Part shown: positions 9,504 to 19,614 of the stretch, in pieces
How positions within the stretch are numbered: the stretch's first letter is position 1
Layout: each line of letters opens with the position of its first letter
Assembly: GCA_045576335.1 (NCBI GenBank)
Contig: JAZNGH010000008.1
Location: forward strand, 26,142 to 90,141
Direction of reading: 5' to 3'
Origin: Candidatus Scatosoma sp.
GTDB lineage: Bacteria > Bacillota > Clostridia > Christensenellales > Borkfalkiaceae
DNA length: 64,000 nucleotides
Translations under genes and position numbers: made by a program
The notes under the pieces: model-generated
The model's database searches: none
Told to the model about the DNA's origin: nothing
Seen by the model: the letters and a program-made list of their open reading frames with translations, nothing else

Positions 9504-10340
9504 ATGGACGAACTTTTAACGTATTTACATAACAAAAAACCCGATAACATTATCATTGAAGACGACGACTGCAATCTATTGCTCTTTGGGGATAGTTCAA
9601 CGCGCCCGACAACCTTAAAAGCTTTGTTGTTCGTTATAGGGTGCGAGGCGAATATTAGCCAAGGCACCGTACGGGAAATGCGGAATATGTACAGAGCAAG
9701 CTCGCGCTTTCGTCAACTTTATAACCACGGAGTGCGTTTGGCGGAGTTGGCGGGCTTGCCGTTCATTATGGTAGCGTATAAAAAGTGCGCGCGCGAGGAA
9801 ATAAAAAACGTAGATTTGGACGCTATGCTGTTTTGCGTTGCGGCACGGTATCCAAGCAAAGAGGATTTTCAAATTCTGGAAAGCGCGGCGTTTGTAAAGT
9901 GTCTATATAGAACTTTCGGTATGAGATATCGTGACGAAGGTACGCATAAACCCGAAAATAAAAGTTTGGCAGACGTCTTTCACGTATGGAGCAGAACGAA
10001 ATTATCTTCTCATATCATCAAACAGGATTTAGATGCTATCTATTGCAATGACCAAGGATATTCAATGATTGAAATCAAGAGGTCGCCTGTCCGTACGTTA
10101 GAGCAATGGGCTCCGTATAGGGATGATTCAAGCAACTACGATATCCAAAATCAATTTGCAAAAGCAATCAACGCTTCGTTTTTTACGTTTCACTATAACG
10201 GTGGCGAATGTACCGACGAAACCCGTGTTGGGTGCTACACAATATTCAACGTTGATCTGTCTAATTATCGCAAGTGGATTGACTATGAAAAGAAAATTAT
10301 CCAAGCACAAGAAATATTTAAGGTTTTAGACAACGAGTGA
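9504..10340 (+). CDS. Putative PD-(D/E)XK restriction endonuclease
   Basis: ATG at 9504 follows AGAGGG. Carries a D177-x12-E190-x-K192 motif (QDLDAIY...SMIEIKRS). Lies directly upstream of a DNA methyltransferase in an AT-rich block. Confidence 0.5.
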   Translation: MDELLTYLHNKKPDNIIIEDDDCNLLLFGDSSTRPTTLKALLFVIGCEANISQGTVREMRNMYRASSRFRQLYNHGVRLAELAGLPFIMVAYKKCAREEIKNVDLDAMLFCVAARYPSKEDFQILESAAFVKCLYRTFGMRYRDEGTHKPENKSLADVFHVWSRTKLSSHIIKQDLDAIYCNDQGYSMIEIKRSPVRTLEQWAPYRDDSSNYDIQNQFAKAINASFFTFHYNGGECTDETRVGCYTIFNVDLSNYRKWIDYEKKIIQAQEIFKVLDNE

Positions 10341-10374
10341 TGCGTAATTGCATATTTGAACGTGGAGGAAAAGT

Positions 10375-12339
10375 ATGCTCAACAAAGCCGAGAAAGATTA
10401 TCTGATAAAGTTAATTGAACAGGGCAAAGAAATACCGCAGGATTTTAAGTATAAACTGTTTCCAGCCGAGCAAAAGGACTGCGCGTTGGATTATGCAGGT
10501 AAAATGCGGAAAGAGGATGTCTTGGCGGAAGCAGATAAGACGGTTGCCTTGCAAACAGAAAAAATTTTTAATAATAGCGACGGTCTTGCTTTTGCGGACG
10601 GTTGGAAAAATATGATTGTCTTTGGGGATAATCTGCATTTTCTTAACAGCGTATACAAAAATCAAGATCCTATTATAAAAGATAAGGTAAAGGGCAAGGT
10701 TAAGCTGATTTATATAGATCCGCCTTTTTCTACGTCTGACGATATCCAAAGCAAGGACGGGGCAAAAGCATATACGGACAGAAAAAAGGGTGCGGAATTT
10801 ATTGAATATCTCCGAAAAAGATTGATTGTGGCGAAAGAAATCTTGGCAGAGGACGGTACGATATACCTTCATTTGGATTCGAAAATGGGGCATTATATAA
10901 AGGTCTTGATGGATGAGATTTTTCCTACTTTTGAATTCACGGAAATCGTTTGGGTTTGCGGGCTGATAGGAAGCGGTGATTATTACCCCAAAGCGCACGA
11001 AACGATTTATTGCTATCGGGCAAAAAATGCCGTTTTTAATCCTCAAAATAGGTTGGGCTTGTCAAAGCGAATTACAGGGGCCCTTGTGAAAGATGAGAAA
11101 GGCTGGTTCTATACGCGCGGCAGAGAGAGTAGCGGAGGTATGAACTGGTTAAAAACCTATGTATGCAACAATCCTGATTATACGAAAAAGCAAGCGATTG
11201 ATTTTGCAAATGCTTCACGCAAACAGCCTGTGTGGAGCGTATGGATGGGAAAAAAAGAGATTGCGGAGACGTATAACGATTTTCCCGTGGGTACGTATGC
11301 GTATACTAGACAAGAGAGTACGGGATATCCTACGCAAAAGCCGGAATTACTCTTAAAACGGATTATTTTATCGAGTACAAACGAAAACGATATAGTATTA
11401 GATTTCTTTGGCGGTTCGGGTACTACGGCTGCCGTTGCTGAAAAGCTCGGAAGACGTTGGATAGCCTGTGATATCGGAAAGCTGTCCTTTTATACGATTC
11501 AAAAAAGAATGCTTCAAATTAAAAAGTCTCGCGATTTAACCAAATTTACAAAACAGTATGGGAAAGACGCTCGTGCTTTTACGACCTTATCGTTAGGAGA
11601 ATCCGCTCTGAATATCGACTTTACTACGTACAAGGAATTTGCAGCTCGGATATTTAATATCGAGCTGACGGAAACCAAAATAGGGGAATGCGTATTCGAT
11701 GGAAAAAAGGACGATGCTCCTGTAATCATTTTTAATGATAAACTTTATAGGGATTTGAAAATTGACCGTGCGTTTCTTGCCGATATTAGCGATAGAGTAG
11801 GTGCGAGCGAAGGAAGGATATATATCGTAGCACCCTCTGCACGCGTTGATTTTATCGCCGATTATGAAGAGGTGAATGGCGTTCGGTACCATTTCTTAAA
11901 AATTCCAAATCAGATTATAAAAGACCTTTCTCAAAAGCATTTTGAGGAGCTTAAACGGCAGCATTCCAAAAACGGCGTAGACGAAACGATAGGTTTTTCT
12001 TTCAAAAGAACGCCGACGGTAAACAGTCAAGCCGCGTTGTCGGGCGAAACCGTAACCGTAACGGTTAACGGCTTTGCTTCGGGAGAACCCCGCTTGTCAA
12101 AAACGGTGAAAGAAGAGAAATTATCGGGTTTTGATTTGCTTTCCGCTGTTTTCGTGGATAAGACGTATAACGGCAAAGAATTTATAACGACGGACGTCTT
12201 TTTCTCGGATAAGATGAAAAGGGAGGGCAACGTTTTGACGCTTTCGTTTGATAAAAAAGACGTTGGCGATAAGATTATGGTTGTTTATACGGATATCTTT
12301 GGGAATGACCTTACGGAATGTTTCCATATAAAAATATGA
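10375..12339 (+). CDS. Beta-class N6-adenine/N4-cytosine DNA methyltransferase (Mod/COG2189-like), 654 aa
   Basis: Motif IV IYIDPPFS (aa ~113-120) precedes TQKP and motif I VLDFFGGSGTT (aa ~341-351). The last ~280 aa are unassigned. Confidence 0.85.
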   Translation: MLNKAEKDYLIKLIEQGKEIPQDFKYKLFPAEQKDCALDYAGKMRKEDVLAEADKTVALQTEKIFNNSDGLAFADGWKNMIVFGDNLHFLNSVYKNQDPIIKDKVKGKVKLIYIDPPFSTSDDIQSKDGAKAYTDRKKGAEFIEYLRKRLIVAKEILAEDGTIYLHLDSKMGHYIKVLMDEIFPTFEFTEIVWVCGLIGSGDYYPKAHETIYCYRAKNAVFNPQNRLGLSKRITGALVKDEKGWFYTRGRESSGGMNWLKTYVCNNPDYTKKQAIDFANASRKQPVWSVWMGKKEIAETYNDFPVGTYAYTRQESTGYPTQKPELLLKRIILSSTNENDIVLDFFGGSGTTAAVAEKLGRRWIACDIGKLSFYTIQKRMLQIKKSRDLTKFTKQYGKDARAFTTLSLGESALNIDFTTYKEFAARIFNIELTETKIGECVFDGKKDDAPVIIFNDKLYRDLKIDRAFLADISDRVGASEGRIYIVAPSARVDFIADYEEVNGVRYHFLKIPNQIIKDLSQKHFEELKRQHSKNGVDETIGFSFKRTPTVNSQAALSGETVTVTVNGFASGEPRLSKTVKEEKLSGFDLLSAVFVDKTYNGKEFITTDVFFSDKMKREGNVLTLSFDKKDVGDKIMVVYTDIFGNDLTECFHIKI

Positions 12340-12360
12340 TTGAGCACGAATAAAAAACAC

Positions 12361-12383
12361 GAGAGCCCCGAAAAAGGGCTCTC
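12361..12383. terminator. Bidirectional intrinsic terminator (tRNA-Ser / methylase)
   Basis: GAGAGCCC-7 nt-GGGCTCTC stem. There is a T-run on the minus strand and an A-run upstream. Confidence 0.6.
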
Positions 12384-12393
12384 TTGTTGTAGT

Positions 12394-12482
12394 TGGCGGA
12401 GCGTGAGGGATTCGAACCCCCGTGGGCTTTCACCCAAACGGTTTTCAAGACCGCCTCGTTATGACCGCTTCGATAACGCTCC
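12394..12482 (-). tRNA. tRNA-Ser(UGA), CCA encoded
   Basis: The reverse complement folds as a cloverleaf: acceptor GGAGCGT/ACGCTCC, anticodon loop CTTGAAA, a long variable arm, and T-loop GGTTCGAATCC. Confidence 0.9.
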
Positions 12483-12524
12483 GTAAATAATGGAATGATA
12501 AAAATGATTTTCGCTACTTTCTTT

Positions 12525-12553
12525 ATTATAAACCAAGCGAAAAAAAATGTCAA
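12525..12553 (-). promoter_or_regulatory. Promoter TTGACA-17-TATAAT upstream of tRNA-Ser
   Basis: Perfect hexamers on the minus strand. Confidence 0.6.
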
Positions 12554-12574
12554 TGGATTTTTTGCGAAAAATCA

Positions 12575-12602
12575 AAATCCCTCCACGTGTGGAGGGATTT
12601 TT
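12575..12602. terminator. Intrinsic terminator after the epimerase gene
   Basis: AAATCCCTCCAC-GT-GTGGAGGGATTT stem followed by a T-run. Confidence 0.7.
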
Positions 12603-12620
12603 GAGGTTTTTGCCACACAC

Positions 12621-13541
12621 TTAATAGTTTTCAGCCAAATATTCGTAATAAATATCCATAATCGAATATTTGGGCTTAACGCCCAAAAGGGAAATTGCTT
12701 TTTGGCAGGTACAGCAAGGGGAATGGAGGATATGATCCATAGACGCCGCGTAATTGTTTTCGCCCACCGTTTCCAAAAATTCCGCTTCGGATACGTAGCG
12801 GATATTCGGCTCGTGGGAAAAATGACGGTACATTTCTTCGCAAATCGCGCGCATAGTCATACAGCTTTCCGCAACGGAAATAAAAGCCTCGCCGTTGGAT
12901 TTATCGCTTTGCATAAGACAAGCGGTAATGAGCGCCGCCAAATCGGCGGAATGTACGTGCTGCAAGGTGTTCAAGCCGTAAAAGGGGAGCACGATTTCCT
13001 CGCCGCGCATAATCTTCAAAAACACGCTTTCGTCCAGATTGCCTTGCGGGTTGATGGGAGTCCATTCCTTGCCCGAAATATGCCCCGGGTGCACGACGCA
13101 AGCGCGCAACCGCTTTTCTTTTACGAGCGAAAACAGATACTCTTGGATTTCGCCCTTGCCCTTCCCGTACGCGCCGACGGAGTTGAGCGGGTGTTTTTCA
13201 TCTAAGGGCATATATATTTTGTTTTCATACGTCCAAATACTGCCGATATGCAGGAAAAATTCCCCGTGCGTGAGCTTATCCACGAGCGTGCTTACCTGCT
13301 CCACGCTGAACGATACGAGGTCGCACACGGCGTCGAAGCGTTCGGTTTCGAAAATATCCGAAGCGACGAGCTCTTCCCGCGAAGCGTTTACGATTTTTAC
13401 GTTTTTCCAAATGCTTTCGTCGTAGCCGTAGGGCATGCGATTGCCGCGTGAAACGGCGTAGACCTCACAGCCGTTGTTTACCAATTCTTTCACGAGATAG
13501 GAGCCGATATGCCCCATAGCACCGATAACGAGAACTTTCAT
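12621..13541 (-). CDS. NAD-dependent epimerase/dehydratase (SDR) family protein
   Basis: Rossmann motif VLVIGAMGHIGSYLV. GAGGTG RBS. Confidence 0.7.
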   Translation of the reverse strand: MKVLVIGAMGHIGSYLVKELVNNGCEVYAVSRGNRMPYGYDESIWKNVKIVNASREELVASDIFETERFDAVCDLVSFSVEQVSTLVDKLTHGEFFLHIGSIWTYENKIYMPLDEKHPLNSVGAYGKGKGEIQEYLFSLVKEKRLRACVVHPGHISGKEWTPINPQGNLDESVFLKIMRGEEIVLPFYGLNTLQHVHSADLAALITACLMQSDKSNGEAFISVAESCMTMRAICEEMYRHFSHEPNIRYVSEAEFLETVGENNYAASMDHILHSPCCTCQKAISLLGVKPKYSIMDIYYEYLAENY

Positions 13542-13550
13542 AATTACACC

Positions 13551-13754
13551 TCATTGAATATCCAGTTCGGGCGGCATATCTATCTCGTCCGAAACGTATT
13601 TACCATTCTTCTTTCTTTGTCGAACGCACTCCGAGAGCAAATATTCAATCTGTCCGTTTACCGAACGGAAATCGTCCTCCGCCCACGCCGCAATGGCGTT
13701 GTACAGCTTTGGAGATAACCGCAAGGGGACTTGTTTTTTCTGATTTTCATTCAT
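13551..13754 (-). CDS. Arc/MetJ-type ribbon-helix-helix DNA-binding protein
   Basis: [32 protein letters not shown] matches the Arc-like RHH pattern. Confidence 0.6.
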   Translation of the reverse strand: MNENQKKQVPLRLSPKLYNAIAAWAEDDFRSVNGQIEYLLSECVRQRKKNGKYVSDEIDMPPELDIQ

Positions 13755-13793
13755 AATCGCATACCTGCCTCGGCGTACGCCTTAAAAAATTTA

Positions 13794-14816
13794 TTAGTAT
13801 AAGCTGCTCGTATTGACGACGGGCTGTGCGTCGTGATTGCCGCAAAGCACCACCAAAAGGTTGGAAACCATTGCCGCCTTTCTTTCCTCGTCAAGCTGTA
13901 CAAGCTGATTTTCGTTCAAACGCTCCAAAGCCATTTCAACCATACCCACCGCGCCGTCAACGATCATTTTTCTTGCGTCAATGATTGCCGAAGCTTGCTG
14001 GCGTTGCAGCATTACTGCCGCGATTTCGGGTGCGTAAGCAAGATAGGTAATTCTTGCTTCAATAATCTCAATACCCGCTTCATCTACGCGCTTTTGAATT
14101 TCGTCGCGGATACGCGAAGCAACGACTTCGCTCGACCCGCGAAGGCTGCCGTCGTCGTTAATCCCGTCGCCCGTCGTATCTACCCCAGGTGCTACGTCGT
14201 AGGGGTAAATCCGCACGATATTACGAAGCGCGCTGTCGCATTGCAGGGAAAGATATTCTTTATAATTATCCACGTTAAACACCGCTTTTGCCGTGTCTAC
14301 GATACGCCACATAACGGCAATACCGATTTCTACGGGATTGCCCAAGCAATCGTTGATTTTTTGACGGTTGTTATTCAAGGTCATAATTTTGAGCGAAATT
14401 TTCTTGTTGGGTATCTCAAACGAAAGCTCCGTATCAGCTTTCATAGCCTGCGCATTATGTGAAACGTCGCCGCTTTGATTGAGTTTGGTTTGTGCTGCGG
14501 GGTTTACCGCTACGCAGAAAGGGTTGATCGCGTAAAAACCTTCGCCTTTAATCGTGCCTATGTATTTGCCGAACAGCGTCAAAGCCAAAGCCTCCTGCGG
14601 CTTCAAAACGCGAAGCCCGACGAGGGGAATCCACGCAACGCACATCACCAGCATAGCGATAACGAACAGCGTAACGCCCAACCAGTTGAATTGCGGTACT
14701 TCTTCCATAACGATTGCGCCGACGATAACGCCTGCAATCGAAGCAAGCTCGACAATAATACAGACGACGAGCGTCCGCATACCGTTCTTTTTGTTTTGTA
14801 ATACGATTTCTTCCAT
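13794..14816 (-). CDS. SPFH/Band 7 (stomatin-prohibitin-like) membrane protein
   Basis: Two N-terminal TM helices followed by an SPFH-like domain. GGAGG RBS. Confidence 0.7.
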   Translation of the reverse strand: MEEIVLQNKKNGMRTLVVCIIVELASIAGVIVGAIVMEEVPQFNWLGVTLFVIAMLVMCVAWIPLVGLRVLKPQEALALTLFGKYIGTIKGEGFYAINPFCVAVNPAAQTKLNQSGDVSHNAQAMKADTELSFEIPNKKISLKIMTLNNNRQKINDCLGNPVEIGIAVMWRIVDTAKAVFNVDNYKEYLSLQCDSALRNIVRIYPYDVAPGVDTTGDGINDDGSLRGSSEVVASRIRDEIQKRVDEAGIEIIEARITYLAYAPEIAAVMLQRQQASAIIDARKMIVDGAVGMVEMALERLNENQLVQLDEERKAAMVSNLLVVLCGNHDAQPVVNTSSLY

Positions 14817-14897
14817 AATATTTGACCTCCAAATATGGATTTGATATTAAAATGATATCACATATCCAACCGTTTGTCAAGTATTTTTCTGAAAAAT

Positions 14898-16781
14898 TCA
14901 AATTAAAGTTTCGTACTCGGCGTATAACGCTTCAAGGGCGAGGCGGATTTCCTCCAAACGGTTACATTTTTCGTTTAGGAGTGCAAAATTCGCCGTTACG
15001 GCGGGGGTAGCGAGGTCGGCGTTGATTTGCGTTTCTTCCGCTTCCAACGCGGAAATTTCTTCCTCTATCTTCTTCACGCGCGTACGCCGTCTGGCGTCGG
15101 CGGTGCGTTCTTCCTTGCTTCTGTAATAGCTTTGTTCGGTTTTGACGGGGGCAGGTATGCGTTGAACGCTTTCCTTTGCCGCCTTTTCCGCGCTTTTTTG
15201 AGCGGTGTATTCGTCGTAGCTGCCCGTAAAGCAAACGGCTTTTCCCTCGCCAAGCTCTAAAATTTTTCCCGCGATAGCGCGAATGAAATATCTATCGTGC
15301 GAAACGAACAGCATCGTGCCGTCGAAGGTTTTGAGGGCTTCCTCCAAGCTTTCCCTTGCGGGGAGATCGAGGTGGTTGGTCGGCTCGTCCAAAACCAAGA
15401 AATTCCCGTTTTCACAGGCAAAAACGGCGAGGGCGAGCTTGGCGCGTTCACCGCCCGAAAGCATACGCACCTTTTTGTCGATATCCTCGGCGGGCAAGCC
15501 CGCTTGTGCGAGTACGCCGCGCACCCGCGTTTGATCCCAAGAAACGTGTCTGCCCCAAAGCTCGGATAAGACGGTGCTTTCGGGAGCGAGGTTGGCGTTT
15601 TCCTGATCGTAGTACGCCGTTTTTACGAACCGTCCGAAATGCACGGCGGGATTTTTGCCTTGCACGATAGCTTTGACAAGCGTGGATTTACCCGTGCCGT
15701 TGTCACCGACGATTGCACATTTTTCCCCGCGCATCAGCGTAAAGGAGGCGTTTTGAAGCAATACTTTTTCGCCTGCCGTCAGCTTCAAATCGTTGATTTC
15801 AAGCACTTTTTCGTACGGCTTGTCCACATACGAAAAGGCGAAACGGGGCGGCGGGGGAGGGAGCGAGGGCTTCTCGACAAGCTCCATTTTTTCAAGGGCC
15901 TTTCGGCGCGATTGCGCCATTTTCGTCGTAGAGGCACGCACGAGGTTGCGATCGACGTAATCCTGCATATGCGCGCGTTCTTCCTGCTGTTTTTCGTATT
16001 CTTTCAAAAGCCGCGCCGTCTTTTCGGCTTTTAAGATTTTGTATTTGCTGTAATTCCCCTTGAAAACCGAAAGCTTTTTGTTTTCCAGCTCGTAAATTTG
16101 CGTGACGAGCTTGTCGAGGAAATACCGATCGTGCGAAACGGTCAATATCGCGCCCTTGAAAGCGGCAAGATATTCTTCCAGCCAAAACAGCGTTTTCATA
16201 TCGAGGTGGTTGGTCGGTTCGTCGAGAATTAACAGCTCCGGCTCTTCTAAAAGCAATCGGCAAAGCTTTAATCTCGTCTTTTCTCCGCCCGACATAGTGT
16301 TCACGCGTTGCTCGTAGGCGTTTTCAAAGCCCATGCCGTTGAGCACGGTGCGGATTTTGACCTCGAAATTATAGCTGTCACGCGCGGCTATGCGCTTATT
16401 TAGGGTTTCGTATTTCGCGCTCAAAGTGCGATATTCATTGCCGTTCGCGTCGGCGACGGAAATGGCTTTTTCTACCTCGCGCAAGGCGTCCAAGGTGCGG
16501 ATATCCTCTGCAAATACCGCGCGCATTTCCTCAAAAGCGGAACGTGCGGAATCGTACCCGCCGTTTTGGGCGAGATAGCCTACGCGCACGCCGTTTTTCA
16601 AAATTAGCGTGCCGCTTTCTGCTTCCAGCTCTCCCAAAATAAGACGGATTAAGGTCGTTTTTCCCTCGCCGTTGCCGCCGATCAATCCAACCCTGTCCCC
16701 CTCGTTTAGGGAAAAGGTAATACGCTCCAACAGCGTTTCGCCGTTGAAGCCAAAGGATAAATTGTCGGTGGAAATAAGCAT
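14898..16781 (-). CDS. ABC-F family ATPase (two ABC domains, no TM domain)
   Basis: Two Walker A motifs (GGNGEGKTT, GDNGTGKST), two signature motifs (MSGGEKTRL, LSGGERAKL), and a C-terminal coiled-coil. The likely start is MLISTDNLSF at 16781; the upstream extension in the ORF track is spurious. Confidence 0.88.
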   Translation of the reverse strand: MLISTDNLSFGFNGETLLERITFSLNEGDRVGLIGGNGEGKTTLIRLILGELEAESGTLILKNGVRVGYLAQNGGYDSARSAFEEMRAVFAEDIRTLDALREVEKAISVADANGNEYRTLSAKYETLNKRIAARDSYNFEVKIRTVLNGMGFENAYEQRVNTMSGGEKTRLKLCRLLLEEPELLILDEPTNHLDMKTLFWLEEYLAAFKGAILTVSHDRYFLDKLVTQIYELENKKLSVFKGNYSKYKILKAEKTARLLKEYEKQQEERAHMQDYVDRNLVRASTTKMAQSRRKALEKMELVEKPSLPPPPPRFAFSYVDKPYEKVLEINDLKLTAGEKVLLQNASFTLMRGEKCAIVGDNGTGKSTLVKAIVQGKNPAVHFGRFVKTAYYDQENANLAPESTVLSELWGRHVSWDQTRVRGVLAQAGLPAEDIDKKVRMLSGGERAKLALAVFACENGNFLVLDEPTNHLDLPARESLEEALKTFDGTMLFVSHDRYFIRAIAGKILELGEGKAVCFTGSYDEYTAQKSAEKAAKESVQRIPAPVKTEQSYYRSKEERTADARRRTRVKKIEEEISALEAEETQINADLATPAVTANFALLNEKCNRLEEIRLALEALYAEYETLI

Positions 16782-16955
16782 AGACAACCTGTGAAGAATA
16801 TTTTTTATAAGGGGGCGCAAAATATGTGCAATGAACAAAGTTAGATTGATGAAAAAAATTCGAAAAGCGGAAGCGGAAATCGCGTTTGCAAGCCCTAAAC
16901 GCGCGGCGAAGCTCACGAGCGCAATCGTGCGTTGGAAAGCAATCGTGTTCGACGC

Positions 16956-17831
16956 TCAATAATCCCAAGAGGGGATATACGCTTTGCCGCTGGAATTACG
17001 CTGTTGTAAAAACAGCCGTTCAATGCCCAAATCGAGCGCGGCGTTGACCACGCTGTCGTATTCGCGCGCGGTGACGGGGCGGGAAAGCTCGGGGAAAGCC
17101 TCTATTTTTCCAAAAGGCGTGTATTGGCTCATAAGGCTTAAATAAGTCGTATCGGGCAGTTCGTTTTTGAACCATTTAAGAATGGACTTGGAATCGGACA
17201 CGCAAAGGGGCATTACGAGATGCCGAACAATCGTGCCCGACAGCATTTTTCCCTCCGCCGTCATATTTAAGGGCTTTCGCGCCATAAACGCAATCGCTTC
17301 GCTTGCGATATCGAAATAGTTTTCTTTGCCCAAATACCGTTTGGAAAGGGCGGAGGAATAGAATTTCATATCGGGCAAATAAATATCGATATACTCGTCG
17401 AGGCGTTCGAGCGCGTCGATTTTTTCATATCCGCCCGAATTGTAAACGACGGGAATTTTCGGCTTATAAAGTTCAAACGCGGGTAGCAGGTATGCGACGA
17501 GGTGAGAGGGTGTGACGAGAGAAATATTCTCCGCGCCCATATCTTCCAGCTCGCGAAAAATATCCGCAAGCTCGCGCGGGGAAACGGCTTTGCCGCGCTC
17601 GGCTCTTGAAACCTCGTAATTTTGACAGAACGCACAGCGCAAGTTACAGCCCGAAAAAAAGATCGTGCCGCTGCCCTTTTTGTGGGAAATGCACGGTTCT
17701 TCAAAGGGGTGTAAATAATATTTGGCGATTTTTAAGCCCGAAACGCCGCACGCGCCTATGCCCGTCAAGCGGTTTGCGCCGCATTCGACGGGACAGAGGG
17801 TACAATGTTGTAGCAGGCGTTGATTTTCCAT
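16956..17831 (-). CDS. Radical SAM protein, PflX-like (PFL-activase homolog)
   Basis: Carries the CNLRCAFCQN (CxxxCxxC) motif. 291 aa. Confidence 0.75.
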   Translation of the reverse strand: MENQRLLQHCTLCPVECGANRLTGIGACGVSGLKIAKYYLHPFEEPCISHKKGSGTIFFSGCNLRCAFCQNYEVSRAERGKAVSPRELADIFRELEDMGAENISLVTPSHLVAYLLPAFELYKPKIPVVYNSGGYEKIDALERLDEYIDIYLPDMKFYSSALSKRYLGKENYFDIASEAIAFMARKPLNMTAEGKMLSGTIVRHLVMPLCVSDSKSILKWFKNELPDTTYLSLMSQYTPFGKIEAFPELSRPVTAREYDSVVNAALDLGIERLFLQQRNSSGKAYIPSWDY

Positions 17832-17880
17832 AGATACAGTATATCACGAACGAAAAAAAATTGCAAGCGATAAGAATAGC

Positions 17881-17909
17881 TTGACAAGCTATAAAAAAAG
17901 GGTTATAAT
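17881..17909 (+). promoter_or_regulatory. Promoter TTGACA-17-TATAAT of metK
   Basis: Perfect consensus hexamers 32 nt upstream of the GTG start. Confidence 0.7.
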
Positions 17910-17941
17910 AATGAGCGAATAAAACGAAAGAGGATAGAGAA

Positions 17942-19102
17942 GTGAAGAAATTTTTTACCAGCGAAAGCGTGACCGAAGGACATCCCGATAAGGTTTGCGA
18001 CAATATTTCCGACGGAATTTTAGACGCGATTTTGTCCAAAGACCCGAAAGCCCGCGCGGCAATCGAGTGCGCGGCGGCGTTTGATACGCTCTTGATTATG
18101 GGCGAGGTCACGACGACGGCGAAGGTGGATTACGAGCAAAAGGCACGCGAGATTATTCGCGATATCGGTTACGATTTCGGGTCGTTTGCGTACGATAAAT
18201 GCAAAATCGTTACGGCGATTCACGCACAATCGCCCGATATTGCTATGGGCGTAAACGCGTCTATGGAAAGAAAAGCGGGTGGCGACGAGGCCGATCAAAT
18301 CGGCGCGGGCGATCAGGGTATGATGTTCGGCTACGCTTGCCGTGAAACCAAAGAATTGATGCCCTTGACCCTTTCCCTTTCCCACCGCCTTGCAAAGCGT
18401 TTGACGGACGTGAGAAAAGAAGGCACGCTCACCTATCTTCGCCCCGACGGCAAAACGCAAGTGACGGTTGAATACGAGGACGGTGTGGCAAAGCGCGTGG
18501 ATACGGTGGTCGTTTCCACCCAGCACGACGCCGAGGTGTCGCAAGAGCAGATTAAGCTGGATATTAAAAAATTCGTAATCGACGCCATTATTCCCGCCGA
18601 GCTTATGGACGAAAACACGAAAATTTATATTAACCCCACGGGCAGATTTGAAATCGGCGGACCAGAGGGCGACAGCGGCTTGACGGGCAGAAAAATTATC
18701 GTAGACACCTACGGTGGCAGATGTGCGCACGGCGGCGGCGCGTTTTCGGGGAAAGATCCTACGAAGGTGGACAGAAGCGCGGCGTATTACTGCCGTTATA
18801 TCGCAAAAAACCTCGTTGCGGCGGGCCTTGCGGACGAGCTGGAAATTCAGGTCGCTTACGCAATCGGCGTGGCGAACCCCGTTTCGGTGTTCGTGGACAG
18901 CCACGGCACGGGTAAGCTGGACGACGAAAAGCTGGCGGAGATCGTCAAAAAAGAATTTGACCTTCGTCCCTATGCCATCATCAAAACGCTGGATTTGCAA
19001 AAGCCCGTTTTCAAAAAGACGGCGGCGTACGGGCATTTCGGCTATAAGGGCTTTTCGTGGGAGCAAACGGATAGAGCCGAGAGTTTGAAAAAATATTTAT
19101 AA
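17942..19102 (+). CDS. metK: S-adenosylmethionine synthetase
   Basis: Motifs [19 protein letters not shown] and GGGAFSGKD. Confidence 0.95.
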   Translation: MKKFFTSESVTEGHPDKVCDNISDGILDAILSKDPKARAAIECAAAFDTLLIMGEVTTTAKVDYEQKAREIIRDIGYDFGSFAYDKCKIVTAIHAQSPDIAMGVNASMERKAGGDEADQIGAGDQGMMFGYACRETKELMPLTLSLSHRLAKRLTDVRKEGTLTYLRPDGKTQVTVEYEDGVAKRVDTVVVSTQHDAEVSQEQIKLDIKKFVIDAIIPAELMDENTKIYINPTGRFEIGGPEGDSGLTGRKIIVDTYGGRCAHGGGAFSGKDPTKVDRSAAYYCRYIAKNLVAAGLADELEIQVAYAIGVANPVSVFVDSHGTGKLDDEKLAEIVKKEFDLRPYAIIKTLDLQKPVFKKTAAYGHFGYKGFSWEQTDRAESLKKYL

Positions 19103-19111
19103 GACTACTGT

Positions 19112-19150
19112 AAAAAGCGGGAGGGCTTCGAAGCCCTCCCGCTTTTGTTT
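19112..19150. terminator. Bidirectional intrinsic terminator
   Basis: 13-bp stem AGCGGGAGGGCTT/AAGCCCTCCCGCT flanked by A- and T-runs, between convergent genes. Confidence 0.8.
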
Positions 19151-19157
19151 TTATGTT

Positions 19158-19604
19158 TTACGGTTTTTTCAAGGCGATACAGTCAAAGACTGTGCCTGCG
19201 AGCGCGCCCGCCGCCATTATTCCGTAGAGAATTTTCAAAAATATACCCTGCGGGTAAGCGTCAATCATAACGATTAAATACAAAACGAAACAAACCGCAA
19301 CGATTATTTTTACAATCAAGCCAAGTATTACTTGCGCTTTGACGGCTTTTTCAGCTGTGGCTTTCAAGCACACGATTGCGCAAATCAATAGAAGAACGCC
19401 GCACACGGCAAGCGCGATTCCCATAATAATCCCGAAAATCAAAATCCCGATCACGCCCAGTCCTTGAAAATTGCTTTCCGCAAGGGAATTTATGTACGCT
19501 TGGAAACAAGCAATTTCCCCGAAAATCGCGACGAAAATAAATCCAAAGCATAACAGCGCGAAAATTAAATTAAAAACGCCGATTTTCTTTTTCCTCGTTA
19601 GCAT
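19158..19604 (-). CDS. Small 4-TM membrane protein, unknown function
   Basis: ATG at 19604 follows AAGGAG. The longer ORF in the track would overlap asnA. Confidence 0.5.
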   Translation of the reverse strand: MLTRKKKIGVFNLIFALLCFGFIFVAIFGEIACFQAYINSLAESNFQGLGVIGILIFGIIMGIALAVCGVLLLICAIVCLKATAEKAVKAQVILGLIVKIIVAVCFVLYLIVMIDAYPQGIFLKILYGIMAAGALAGTVFDCIALKKP

Positions 19605-19614
19605 AAAACTCCTT

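Noticed and set aside
14898-16916. N-terminal extensions in the supplied ORF track: ABC-F 672 aa, asnA 456 aa (19615-20985), 19158-19814, 24969, 30524, 41700, 45530, 57343, 38848, 9369 and 1032.
   Set aside because: The extensions start at alternative codons, lack an RBS, overlap neighbouring genes, promoters or repeats, and add sequence absent from the recognised families. Internal ATG/TTG starts with GGAG-type RBSs were used instead.
17832-17941. Possible SAM riboswitch or T-box leader upstream of metK. The asnA leader (20623-20680) was checked in the same way.
   Set aside because: The metK promoter -10 ends only about 32 nt before the start codon, and the asnA -10 only about 22 nt before its start. 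The leaders are too short for such elements and contain none of the conserved boxes.
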